From contig CAWCKW010000012.1 of assembly GCA_963796285.1 (NCBI GenBank), positions 1,760,001 to 1,824,000 of the forward strand: a stretch of DNA of 64,000 nt, read 5' to 3'. Origin of the DNA: Nitrospirota bacterium. GTDB taxonomy: Bacteria > Nitrospirota > UBA9217. The notes under the pieces were generated by a model that was given only the letters and a program-made list of their open reading frames with translations, ran no database searches and was not told the origin of the DNA. A program made the position numbers and the translations under genes. How positions within the stretch are numbered: the stretch's first letter is position 1; every line of letters starts with the position of its first letter. This document shows positions 22,437 through 31,452 of the stretch, in pieces.

Positions 22437-22751
22437 GGCGTTGCCGGACCATCACCGACTAGGTGTAGAGATGATAACCCGTTTTGAGGGGAATCAAGCA
22501 CCGTGCTGGATGGAGAGCCGAGACCAGAAAGAAGGCTGCAAGTTGAGCTGTCGTTCACTGGTTGTTTCATAGGCTGCTGTAAAGCACGGAAGAGCCGAAA
22601 GCCCCGAAGCCGAAGGAGATGGCGGGAAGAAAGGTACAATGAGCTTCACAGGGTCTGCTGAGCAGAGCCATAGAAGCACCCATTGGAATCCCCGCAGAGG
22701 CTCCCCGGCTCAACGGAATATCAGTAACGGTCCGCAGGCAACGCCTTTTTT
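22437..22751 (+). ncRNA. Candidate large structured non-coding RNA (~310 nt), family not recognised
   Basis: Ends pair (GGCGTTGCC 22437-45 / GGCAACGCC 22737-45; GGACC/GGTCC), with several nested internal helices and a trailing U-tract; no credible ORF. Confidence 0.65.
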
Positions 22752-22876
22752 ATTTCTCAAAGTATCCACTGCAGTAACCTCGCCCCCTATACGGAAATCG
22801 TCTCTATCGCACACTATCTTCCTCTCGACAAAATAGAAAAAATAATTTAAACTGCTTCTTCATAAGGAGACCAGGT

Positions 22877-23269
22877 ATGAACCATGCCATGGACGTTAAG
22901 ATCTATTACGAGGACACGGATTGCGGCGGAGTTGTGTACTACGCCAACTATCTTCGCTATATGGAACGGGCGCGGACCGAGTACCTGGCATCCAGGGGCT
23001 ACGAGGTCAAAAAACTGATGGACGAGGGCACGATCTTCATGGTGCTCCGCGTCGAGATCGACTACAGATCTCCGGCACGGTACGGCGATACGATCGAGAT
23101 CGAGACCAGGGTGTCGGAGGTCTCGCGCGTCACCATGATCTTTCATCACACCATGAAGGAAAAAACATCGGGCAGGGTGTTCGTTGAGTGCATGGCCAAG
23201 CTTGTCTACGTAGACCCCACTGGCAGACCCAAGCGCCTGCCTGACGAGTATGTGGAAAAAGTGAAGTGA
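22877..23269 (+). CDS. YbgC/FadM-family acyl-CoA thioesterase
   Basis: IYYEDTDCGGVVYYANYLRYMERARTE. Confidence 0.9.
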   Translation: MNHAMDVKIYYEDTDCGGVVYYANYLRYMERARTEYLASRGYEVKKLMDEGTIFMVLRVEIDYRSPARYGDTIEIETRVSEVSRVTMIFHHTMKEKTSGRVFVECMAKLVYVDPTGRPKRLPDEYVEKVK

Positions 23270-23384
23270 CGTTGTCTCTCGCAATGGCCAAGAAGAGGGC
23301 CACATTGTGACGCAAGGGACGAGAAGTTGTTAAACCAAAGCCTCATCCTCTTCTGTTCGGGCATTGCGAATAAAAATACTTGTC

Positions 23385-24116
23385 ATGACTTCCATAACCC
23401 TTGACAGCATCTCGCTCCGCAAAACCGGCATCGTGAGCATCGTCCAGCCAAAAAAAGGCTTCCGCTTTACGCTGGACAGCCTCCTCCTCGCGGATTTTTG
23501 CCGCATTAAACCTCGCGACCGTATACTTGAACCGGGCGCGGGAACCGGGATAATCTCGCTTTTGCTTGCACGAAAATTCCCCGGGGCACGGTTCGTTGCC
23601 GATGAGGTCGAATCACGGACATTCACGCTCCTCTGCCAAAATATCGAAGACAATCGGCTTGTCGAAGCTATCACACCCCTTGACCGGGACATACGATCTC
23701 TGGGCCGATCGATCGCGCCGGACTCCTTCGATGTCCTCATTGCCAACCCGCCCTATACCAAAGGAGGTACCGGCAGAAAAAGCCCCTTCCTTGAACGACA
23801 AACCGCGCGGCAGGACCAGACCGCATCTCTTCCTTGCTGGCTCGACCTCCAAACCTTATTAAAGAACAAGGGCAGGTACTTCCTCGTCTTTCCCGCAAGC
23901 CGCTCAGCGGAATTGATGTCTTTATTGCGGGAAAGAGGACTAGAACCAAAACGCCTTCGGTCTGTGCATCCCTTTCAGACCAAACCTGCCTCACTCGTTT
24001 TGATCGAAGCGATAAAGACCAAAGGGGTTGGTCTTGATATTCTGCCACCATTGATCATTCATGAAAAGGGTGGCGGTTATACGGAAGAGATGCAGGACAT
24101 TTATGGATTGGGATGA
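23385..24116 (+). CDS. tRNA1(Val) A37 N6-methyltransferase-like (TrmN6/YfiC/YabB family)
   Basis: QPKKGFRFTLDSLLLADF, EPGAGTG, NPPY, PPLIIH. Confidence 0.82.
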   Translation: MTSITLDSISLRKTGIVSIVQPKKGFRFTLDSLLLADFCRIKPRDRILEPGAGTGIISLLLARKFPGARFVADEVESRTFTLLCQNIEDNRLVEAITPLDRDIRSLGRSIAPDSFDVLIANPPYTKGGTGRKSPFLERQTARQDQTASLPCWLDLQTLLKNKGRYFLVFPASRSAELMSLLRERGLEPKRLRSVHPFQTKPASLVLIEAIKTKGVGLDILPPLIIHEKGGGYTEEMQDIYGLG

Positions 24117-24448
24117 TGACGCTCATCTGGAGCGCGGCAAGAGCATGGGCGGAACAGGTCAAAAACGCAGACAAAGAAGGCCCTTGTAAAAGTACTTATT
24201 TCCCCAGGTAATCGCAAATATCAATCATTTTATGCCTTTGTTTTCAATGCGTTACTAAATCAGGGTAACATTTTCGGCTATTAATGTATGTTAGCATTGG
24301 GCTCAAAGACCCAAACAAAGGTTGCTTTTGTTAAAAAAAAATGCAATAATATAACTAATAATTCTTTAGATTAACGAGAATGGCCGCAAAGACAGGCGTC
24401 TTAGCGGCTTTTCCATTAGGTGAAATTCGGCTTCCGGAAAGGGACATC

Positions 24449-24835
24449 ATGTCGCTCAAGCAAAATTACAAGGAAAAATTGGAACTGAAAAAAAACGCCA
24501 TGATCGCTGCCGGTCTGATTTCCGAACGCTTTCCCGCGGTTTCAAATATCATGTTTCGCATGACCTATTATCAGAAAACAGCAGACCCGATCCTGATGAC
24601 TCGCACCATAAGCTTCAATCCCGGTAATTACGCCTGTTTTCACCTGGAATGCATGCGGGAAGAATGCACTGACGGCGGTTTTGACCTGGCGCCGGTGGTT
24701 GCAGGGCTGGTTAAACACAACAAGAAATCCGTATCAGGAAAGATCGTTTGCAGCGGGAAAAATGAGGACGTCCGACACGGCCATGCGAGCATCGCCTATG
24801 AGGTCAGTGTTCAGTACAACAAGCATACCAAATAG
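24449..24835 (+). CDS. Hypothetical protein with possible metal-binding Cys/His set
   Basis: RBS-preceded ATG at 24449; CMREECTDGGFDL...C.GK......H. Confidence 0.65.
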   Translation: MSLKQNYKEKLELKKNAMIAAGLISERFPAVSNIMFRMTYYQKTADPILMTRTISFNPGNYACFHLECMREECTDGGFDLAPVVAGLVKHNKKSVSGKIVCSGKNEDVRHGHASIAYEVSVQYNKHTK

Positions 24836-24933
24836 GGAGCCTCCCCTCCCGCAACATACCCAATAATCGAATCTCCTCCTTCCCGCGCTCAAAATCCCTG
24901 AACGTTGGACCGCGTACTTTTCCCCGTTCTCTC

Positions 24934-24962
24934 TTGACATTCAGCTTTTCTTTGCCTATTCT
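24934..24962 (+). promoter_or_regulatory. Sigma70-type promoter
   Basis: TTGACA-17-TATTCT upstream of ORF 24984. Confidence 0.6.
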
Positions 24963-24983
24963 CTGTGAAGCAATCCGATAACG

Positions 24984-26099
24984 ATGCCGATCATTAAACA
25001 CATACCCACGATTGTCATATTGATCGCCCTCCACCAGTCCCCGTTCGCCTGGGCGGAAGGTGAAGATACGTCCCCTCCGACGTCGCCCCCTCAGCAAAAT
25101 GGAGTGCAGCTTTTGCGGGAACAGCCTTCGGAAGAAGCGACACCGTATTCGTCGGCGCCGCTTTTCGAAAAAATACTATCATCGCCAACGGATACATTGT
25201 CGATCCCGCAAGAAGACGGCAAGGAATTGGGTTTGGTGGATATGCTTCACCACGAAATTTCCCAGAGACTTCTAACGACCGCAGTCTGGCTCGATTCGTT
25301 TTTCGAAGACGAACGGGTGGTGAAAGAGGAAAACCATTCGTACATACGGGCCCGCTATGATGTCTTTCAGGAAGAGAGGGCCAGGGCGACGTACAGAGGA
25401 CCAACCTTCAATGTACGTCTGGCGCTCCCCCAATTAGAGCATAAAGCGCACCTCGTCGTCTCGGCCGAGTCGCCCGAACCTGCCACAACCACCCCTGCTC
25501 CGGCGGGTACCAGCAGCAGCAACCGGATCTCGCCCACCGATGAGCGGAATGTTACCACGGCGCTCAATTACATTCTCCGGGCCACCGAGGAGCAGAGTTC
25601 CATTGTGAGGACCGGCGCGCAGTTCAGTCATGGGTCGCCCGTACTGTTCATCGCGCCGCGGTACCGGCATTTTATCCCGCTTACCACGTGGGATTTCCGG
25701 TTCACCCAGGAGGCTGTTTGGAAGACAGACACCAAGTGGCAGATGGACACACTCTTCGATCTCGAGCGGCAGCTCCCGCACGGGTTTTTTTTTCGGACGA
25801 GCGCCGGCGGGACTTGGATAGATGGCACCAATGGTTATTTCTACAGCCTCAATTTCTCGCTGCGCCAGATGATCGATCCAAAGCACGCTCTGGACTACGC
25901 GTGGATCAACAGCTACCAAACAAGACCGGTCTACGAACTGGTGGAAATCCTCGTCAGTATCCGGTACCGCCAGAACCTCTGGAGGGATTGGTTCTTCTTC
26001 GAGGTGGCCCCCCAGTTACGGTTCCCCCGGTCCGGAAACTTCGACGGCATTCCCGGGATCCTGTTCAGATTTGAAATGTATTTCGGGCAAAAGGCATAG
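24984..26099 (+). CDS. Secreted protein, probable outer-membrane beta-barrel
   Basis: Signal peptide (..FAWA), alternating aromatic beta-strands, ends RFEMYFGQKA. Confidence 0.6.
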   Translation: MPIIKHIPTIVILIALHQSPFAWAEGEDTSPPTSPPQQNGVQLLREQPSEEATPYSSAPLFEKILSSPTDTLSIPQEDGKELGLVDMLHHEISQRLLTTAVWLDSFFEDERVVKEENHSYIRARYDVFQEERARATYRGPTFNVRLALPQLEHKAHLVVSAESPEPATTTPAPAGTSSSNRISPTDERNVTTALNYILRATEEQSSIVRTGAQFSHGSPVLFIAPRYRHFIPLTTWDFRFTQEAVWKTDTKWQMDTLFDLERQLPHGFFFRTSAGGTWIDGTNGYFYSLNFSLRQMIDPKHALDYAWINSYQTRPVYELVEILVSIRYRQNLWRDWFFFEVAPQLRFPRSGNFDGIPGILFRFEMYFGQKA

Positions 26100-26250
26100 A
26101 AGAGATCGGGGAGATGAAAATAATTGCGATTTGGAATCCGGAACACGTATTAGAGGATAGATCGAAAAGCGGATGAAGATGCAACAGTGCTTGTTACCAT
26201 CAGAACCCTCGCTGCCAACCAGACAAAGAAGCACTGCCCGATCGGCTCCA

Positions 26251-27048
26251 TTACCCTATCTGAAAGCACCTCATAGAGATCGAGCCGTATTGAAACCCTT
26301 CGTAGATGAATGTAAGAGGTTCATTCTTTTCCCGCAGGGCAATGGCATAGATCATGGGGAGATAATGGTCCAGGGTCGGTACGGCAAGGGCCGCTGCCTT
26401 TCCCAGGGTCGGATAGTTGATCAATCTATGGTGGTCTTCACGGATCAAGTTCTCTTTCACTCGTTCATCGAACTCAACGGCCCAGTCAAACGGATTCGCA
26501 TCGATGTTCGTGAAATCGAACATGCTGAGATTATGCACGATGTTTCCGCTCCCGATGATCAGTACACCCCGGTTTCGCAATTCAGAAAGCTCGGCCGCAA
26601 GATCATAGTGATACTGGAGCGGTTTCGGGTCCCATTCATTAAAGGTATAATCAAGGCTCAGTTGGAACACCGGGATATCGGCACGAGGATACAGGTGTTT
26701 CAGAATTGCCCAGGCCCCGTGGTCCAGCCCCCGGCTAGTATCGCACGTTACCGCTGCTTGCTTTAGCGTTTCTGTTACAAACGCCGCTTCTCCAGAAGCA
26801 CCACGGCAGGGGTAAACCACGTCATACAGCTCTTCGGCAAATCCATAAAAATCGTAAATGGTCTCCGGTTTCTCCATGCACCCCACAAACGTGCCCTTCG
26901 TGAGCCAGTGCGCGGAGATGACCATGATTGCTTTTGGCTGCGGCAGACGTCTCCCCACAGCAGCCAAGCTTCGCGTAAAGCTGTTGTCCAGAATGATGTT
27001 CAGCGGCGATCCATGCCCGATAAAGAGCACCGGCATTTTATTCTTCAT
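26251..27048 (-). CDS. ygiD: 4,5-DOPA dioxygenase extradiol (LigB family)
   Basis: PVLFIGHGSP, ISAHW, YDFYGF, GLDHGAW, GSGNIVHNL, PTLDHYLP. Confidence 0.88.
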   Translation of the reverse strand: MKNKMPVLFIGHGSPLNIILDNSFTRSLAAVGRRLPQPKAIMVISAHWLTKGTFVGCMEKPETIYDFYGFAEELYDVVYPCRGASGEAAFVTETLKQAAVTCDTSRGLDHGAWAILKHLYPRADIPVFQLSLDYTFNEWDPKPLQYHYDLAAELSELRNRGVLIIGSGNIVHNLSMFDFTNIDANPFDWAVEFDERVKENLIREDHHRLINYPTLGKAAALAVPTLDHYLPMIYAIALREKNEPLTFIYEGFQYGSISMRCFQIG

Positions 27049-27415
27049 AGTTCCTTTACCTCTAACTAGCAGCTGAAATTGTTCTCACACAAGTTCAAAG
27101 CACGCAACGATAATGCGGATGTCGTCATTGTGGAAGATCTCCGCACCGGAGCAGCCGCACACCGTTGCTGCCGAGGCTCTAAGAGGCCCTGTCTGTATAG
27201 GTTAAGATGATGAGGGGAAGCGGTACCGTCGTATAGTCGCTGTCTCCGACCGATTTCTTGAAATTAAATGACCCGGTGCCGATGATCCTGTGGAGATCGA
27301 AAAGCGCAATGCGCTCCGGGAACGGCACGTCTGCGGCCATGTAGTCGTCGATCAGATCACCTGCACTATCCACGAAGGCCTTTCTGCAGGCCGGTTCAGG
27401 AGTGGTCTCTCGGGA

Positions 27416-27880
27416 TCAGTGGCTTTTAAAGTCGATGATGTTATGGACCCACTTCACGAGGTCGGTTTTATCCTTCGGTGAGCCATCGACCCGATAGAGC
27501 TCCACGCCATTTTTGTACAGGATAAAAGTCGGCGTTTTCTCGACCTTAAAGCGCTGCGTAAGATATTCATCCGTATCAGTATCGATCTTCAGGACCTTGA
27601 GCTTTCCCGCTTTTTCACGGGCAAGCCCGGTCACTACGGGATCGATTATCTTGCTATGGACGCACATCGATGCGGTAAATTCGATAAGGAGCGTTTCCGG
27701 CCAGGTTGCAACCACGCGGTCGAAGGTTCCCCGTTTTGCCCATACGGGTTCCTGCGGGATATCGAGAACCGACTTGCACGTTCCGCAAAGTGGCTTGTTT
27801 TCGAGTTTCCGCTTTTCCAACGGGACCCGGTTCAGTTGACGGCAGGTATCGCACCGGATAATGGCTGAATCATCTGACAT
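27416..27880 (-). CDS. TrxC-like thioredoxin with N-terminal Zn finger and atypical CxxS site
   Basis: CDTC..NRVP...CGTC; the active-site position reads MCVHS; PTFILYKNG. Confidence 0.75.
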   Translation of the reverse strand: MSDDSAIIRCDTCRQLNRVPLEKRKLENKPLCGTCKSVLDIPQEPVWAKRGTFDRVVATWPETLLIEFTASMCVHSKIIDPVVTGLAREKAGKLKVLKIDTDTDEYLTQRFKVEKTPTFILYKNGVELYRVDGSPKDKTDLVKWVHNIIDFKSH

Positions 27881-27931
27881 CGTTGCACTCCAGAGACCTC
27901 ACCGGTCCGCATTCAAGACACCCGTCCGTCA

Positions 27932-28454
27932 TCAAGCCTCGCCCTTTTGCCCGATGAAGTGATCGCTTTTTTCCTGAAAGAGAATGTTGAACGTCGTGAG
28001 CGAGCCGTATATGCGGGTGATGTACTGCTGCAGTTCCACCTTTTCATTGTCCGTGAGGACCTTGTGACCGTTGATCTGAGCTTCCATGACCCGCAGCCGG
28101 TCGCGCACCATCACGATCTTGTGAAAGAACACCTCGATGGGCATGCTCTTTGACGCAAGTTTCGGATCTCCGGGCTTGAGGAGCATCTCTCCTCCCTTCC
28201 AGCGGGCGCCCAATTCAATCTGCGGCAGATCTTCCCGGCTGACCTCGAACACCGCAAGCTTCACCATATCGTAGGCAGCCATCTCGGCGTCGGTCAGCAC
28301 CAGAAGTTCCTCCGCCGCCACCACGGTCCTCTTGTCAGTACGGGAAAAATGGACGGTGCACTGCTGATCGTCCCCCACTCCCAACGTCTCCTTGACGCGA
28401 CCGATGCCAAATTCGCTCATGATGCACCAGATCGCCCTGTATCATCGTACCCAT
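27932..28454 (-). CDS. Hypothetical protein with N-terminal Tudor/SH3-like motif, 1-bp frameshift near 28418
   Basis: GGGAGG RBS and ATG at 28454 give GDLVHH; removing one base joins it to SEFGIGRV and to FFHKIVMVRDRLRV...YITRIYGSLTTFN. Confidence 0.7.
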
Positions 28455-28467
28455 AACAAGCCTCCCA

Positions 28468-28650
28468 AACCCGGACAAGCCCCATTAGAGGCGAATGACT
28501 CTAAAGCGGGGCAAGCCGGAACCAAAACCTTTTTTGCCACAGAGTACATCGAGGTCACAGACGGAAAATGAACGGCAAATCTTTTAGCTATAAAATTACT
28601 TTTATCCTTTCTCTGTGTGCTCTGTGGCAGATTTATTCCGTCCCGGTTTG
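28468..28650. mobile_element. Composite MITE-like palindromic element (terminal motif + hairpin insert + CACAGAG/CTCTGTG arms)
   Basis: cccggacaag[36-bp hairpin]ccggaacc, then gccacagag...ctctgtgtgctctgtggc (28536-28628), then a degenerate right terminus. Confidence 0.55.
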
Positions 28651-28673
28651 GAAAAATTTTATTTCATAACTTT

Positions 28674-29321
28674 CTAAAAAGCGTACTTCTGAAGTTTCTC
28701 CAGAACCTTGATATGGAGAAGTTCCGAAGGAATGATGCGGAGCTCAAGCAGTTCCCGGTTTACATCATTCAAGCTGGTCGGTTGGGCAGCGGCCACAAAA
28801 TAGGTCCCATATCTTATTGCAAGCTGGGGCTCTGCAATAAACAGCGCGTCCTGAAGAAACCCGACCATGCGCTGCACTTTCATCCGCTCCGCGGCATAGG
28901 CTATCCAGGTACCGCTTGAAGGGAACCGTCCGATGATCAGGACAAGGCTGATATCAGACCTTGTCTGGTCATCCTCCATGAGCAATAAAAAAATACGGGC
29001 AAGCTTCTTTAAATCGGCCTGTGCCGAGGCCTTCAGGGCGCCGTCCTCCGCGAACAGGAACGACCTCTCGATGAGAACGGAACTCCCTTTTACCCTGAAG
29101 CCCTTGAGCGATTCCGCACCGAATTCTTGCTGAAAGATCTGTTTGATGTTCTTGGAGAACTCGTTACGGGGCTGGGAAATGGCGAGGGCCGGCTCCAGAA
29201 ACCGCTGGATCTTGACTGCCCGATAGTAGAGCAGTGCGCTCAGAAGAACCAGGCCGATCAGCAAGAGGCTGAAAACCGGTCCGACCGACGGCACGTATTT
29301 CCAGAAGGACTTGGTCTTCAT
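28674..29321 (-). CDS. Membrane-anchored protein, possibly OmpA/MotB-like
   Basis: One N-terminal TM helix; LF..DGAL...L..LA, II.G and RELLELRII pattern; ATGA overlap with the upstream regulator. Confidence 0.5.
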   Translation of the reverse strand: MKTKSFWKYVPSVGPVFSLLLIGLVLLSALLYYRAVKIQRFLEPALAISQPRNEFSKNIKQIFQQEFGAESLKGFRVKGSSVLIERSFLFAEDGALKASAQADLKKLARIFLLLMEDDQTRSDISLVLIIGRFPSSGTWIAYAAERMKVQRMVGFLQDALFIAEPQLAIRYGTYFVAAAQPTSLNDVNRELLELRIIPSELLHIKVLEKLQKYAF

Positions 29322-30208
29322 GGCACCGTTTCCTCAAGTCGGTCCAGCTTTTTTATCGCGGTCTTGAAATCCGCTTCAGAGATATTTGCCGGATTGTGAA
29401 TGGCCTTGTTCCGCAATCCCAGAAGGTCGCTGAACAGTTCTTTCTTCAGGTGGCTGATGCGGCGGCTCTGGTCCATCTCTTTCAGGCAGTCGGAAAGGAT
29501 CGGGAAGGTCCGCCCGATCACAGCGGACGTGTAGGACATCAGACGCTTCTCCAGATGATATCCCAGCAGGAGGGCGGCAACGACCTGCTCGCCGGTCCGG
29601 TAATGCTCCAATGCCTGGTCGACCGACATGCCTCCTTTGACGATACGGATGTTTTCCTTTGACTCGATCTCGCCGGGCGCCAGGAGCTGTATCTTCTGGT
29701 AGACCTCCAGGCACTTATCGAGCATGTTCTTTTCGAGATACGATTCAGCAAGGAGAAAGAGCTCCCGGATGCCGTCAACACCCTCCCGCTGCTTGACCGC
29801 AAATTCATAGGCGCGGCGGATGGCTTCGGCCTTGTCGTCCTTCTTGTCAAGCACATCGAAATGCCTGGCCCACCGCTTGCCTTTCAGCACATTGTCCTTT
29901 GTAAAGCGGAAGAGGCGCTCTGAAACCTCTCGTTTGTCGAGCTTGCCGCTGATGATGATAATGTTCAGCGTCGGATGGGTCTCGAAGAGCTCCGGCAGGA
30001 TATCGATGCCCTCGTCCATCCGGTCGAACTCGATATCGAGCGTCATGAGGTCGATGATCTGCGACGTCAGGATCCGGAGGGCCTCCCGTATGCTGACAGC
30101 CTCGTAAAACCGGAGGTCGGGCGACTCATCCTTGAGTGCACGTTGAATTTCGAGTTTCAGAAGTTCCCGGTCCTCGAAGTCGTCGTCGGCGATAAGCACT
30201 TTAAACAT
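29318..30208 (-). CDS. Response regulator: REC + TPR + HEPN/DUF4145-like C-terminal domain
   Basis: VLIADDD, LMTLD, ISG receiver motifs; TPR LAESYLEKNMLDKCLEVYQKI; helical tail with LEKRL and LRNKAIH (Rx4H). Confidence 0.75.
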   Translation of the reverse strand: MFKVLIADDDFEDRELLKLEIQRALKDESPDLRFYEAVSIREALRILTSQIIDLMTLDIEFDRMDEGIDILPELFETHPTLNIIIISGKLDKREVSERLFRFTKDNVLKGKRWARHFDVLDKKDDKAEAIRRAYEFAVKQREGVDGIRELFLLAESYLEKNMLDKCLEVYQKIQLLAPGEIESKENIRIVKGGMSVDQALEHYRTGEQVVAALLLGYHLEKRLMSYTSAVIGRTFPILSDCLKEMDQSRRISHLKKELFSDLLGLRNKAIHNPANISEADFKTAIKKLDRLEETVP

Positions 30209-31235
30209 CGGAAGCCTCCTCGACAAAGGGGAAATTAATGATCACTTCCGTGCCGACCCCCGGAGCAGTATATCCCTTGCCGATCTTGATCTTCCCGGCA
30301 TGGAGGCCGATGACGTACTTGGCATAATAAAGCCCCTGTCCCCATCCCTCTCCGGTTGTCCTGCCCTTATAAAAACACTGGTCAGCCTGCTGCTCATCCA
30401 TACCGAGCCCCTCGTCCCGGAACGAGATCGTCACGTAGCGCCTGGTGCCGTCCTTGTCCGTTGAGCAGGAGAGCTCGATCCGTGCCCGGGGCTGCTCCGG
30501 TTTCTTATACTTGATGGAGTTGTCGATCAAATTCTCGAACACCGTCTTGAGCAGCGGCGGGGCCGCATAGATCATAGGTATGATTGCGTGTTCGTGAACT
30601 GTGATATCAACGAGGTCGCTGTAATGCGTCGTGAGATCCCCGAGCATTGCCTTGATGTTGATATTTTTGAAATCGACCAAACCCGCTTCGCGCTTATCGG
30701 AGATCTTTTTAAAGATATCGATATCGGCAAACAGCTTGTCCAGGTTATCATCGATGCGTTCTTGAGCATCCAGCGGCAGACCGGGAAGCAGGTCGATCCT
30801 TCGTTTTATTCGTCCGAGGTTATTTTTGAATTCATGCCCGATCGTCGCCGAGATATAGCGGATAAATTCGTTCCGCCGCGCGATCTCCTGATTTTTTAGA
30901 ACAAGCAGCATGTTTTCACGGGCCCTCCGTTGTTTTTGCTGGTAAACGACGGACAGGTACATGCTGAGAATGGCAAAAGAAATGATCGTAACTACAAAAG
31001 CGTAACGAGAGACCCTGTTGGAATCGTTGAGCTGCCCCTGCATGATTGAAAGACGCTGATCGATGCCGGCATCGGGAGGGACCGGTCCCTTCCACGGCAT
31101 CAGGCGCAGTTCAAGCCGGTTAAGGGGAGGGAGGAACCGTTCTGTATACACCATACCCAGAAGAAGCCAGACCACGACCAGAAGGACCATCAGCGTCAGG
31201 GCCTTTATTTTGTGAGGAATATCGGAATCGATCAT
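30201..31235 (-). CDS. Membrane-bound sensor histidine kinase
   Basis: Two TM helices, H-box IGHEFKN, N-box ENLIDNSIKY, G1 DEGLG, G2 GWGQGL. Confidence 0.9.
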   Translation of the reverse strand: MIDSDIPHKIKALTLMVLLVVVWLLLGMVYTERFLPPLNRLELRLMPWKGPVPPDAGIDQRLSIMQGQLNDSNRVSRYAFVVTIISFAILSMYLSVVYQQKQRRARENMLLVLKNQEIARRNEFIRYISATIGHEFKNNLGRIKRRIDLLPGLPLDAQERIDDNLDKLFADIDIFKKISDKREAGLVDFKNINIKAMLGDLTTHYSDLVDITVHEHAIIPMIYAAPPLLKTVFENLIDNSIKYKKPEQPRARIELSCSTDKDGTRRYVTISFRDEGLGMDEQQADQCFYKGRTTGEGWGQGLYYAKYVIGLHAGKIKIGKGYTAPGVGTEVIINFPFVEEASDV

Positions 31236-31355
31236 ACTGGATAATTTATTACAAAATGCCGGATATTACAACAAGAAAAGCCCAGTCAAAGTCTTTCACA
31301 TGGATAACAGCGGCTGATACCTATGAAAAAATATGATTCTTCATAATCAAAGCAG

Positions 31356-31372
31356 TGTCAACGATGTTGACA
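31356..31372. promoter_or_regulatory. Perfect 7-3-7 palindrome upstream of kinase operon
   Basis: TGTCAAC-gat-GTTGACA, which contains TTGACA on both strands. Confidence 0.45.
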
Positions 31373-31452
31373 TTTTTTCCCCCCAATGTGGGTAGCATGT
31401 GACTCAAACGAATGTCTGTGCTGCTTCTTTTTACAAAGGAATGCGGAAGTTG

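Noticed and set aside
22437-22751. Assignment of the RNA to RNase P, tmRNA, SRP, T-box, glycine, lysine or guanidine riboswitch
   Set aside because: Only fragmentary resemblance (cccggctca, gccgaagg, aaagccc). The core motifs GAGGAAAGTCC, tRNA-like ends, TCAGG..GGAAG..AGCAG, GGTGG.ACC and CTCTCAGG are absent.
27179-27373. 64-aa ORF between ygiD and the thioredoxin
   Set aside because: No recognisable motif or clear RBS; could be real but cannot be supported.
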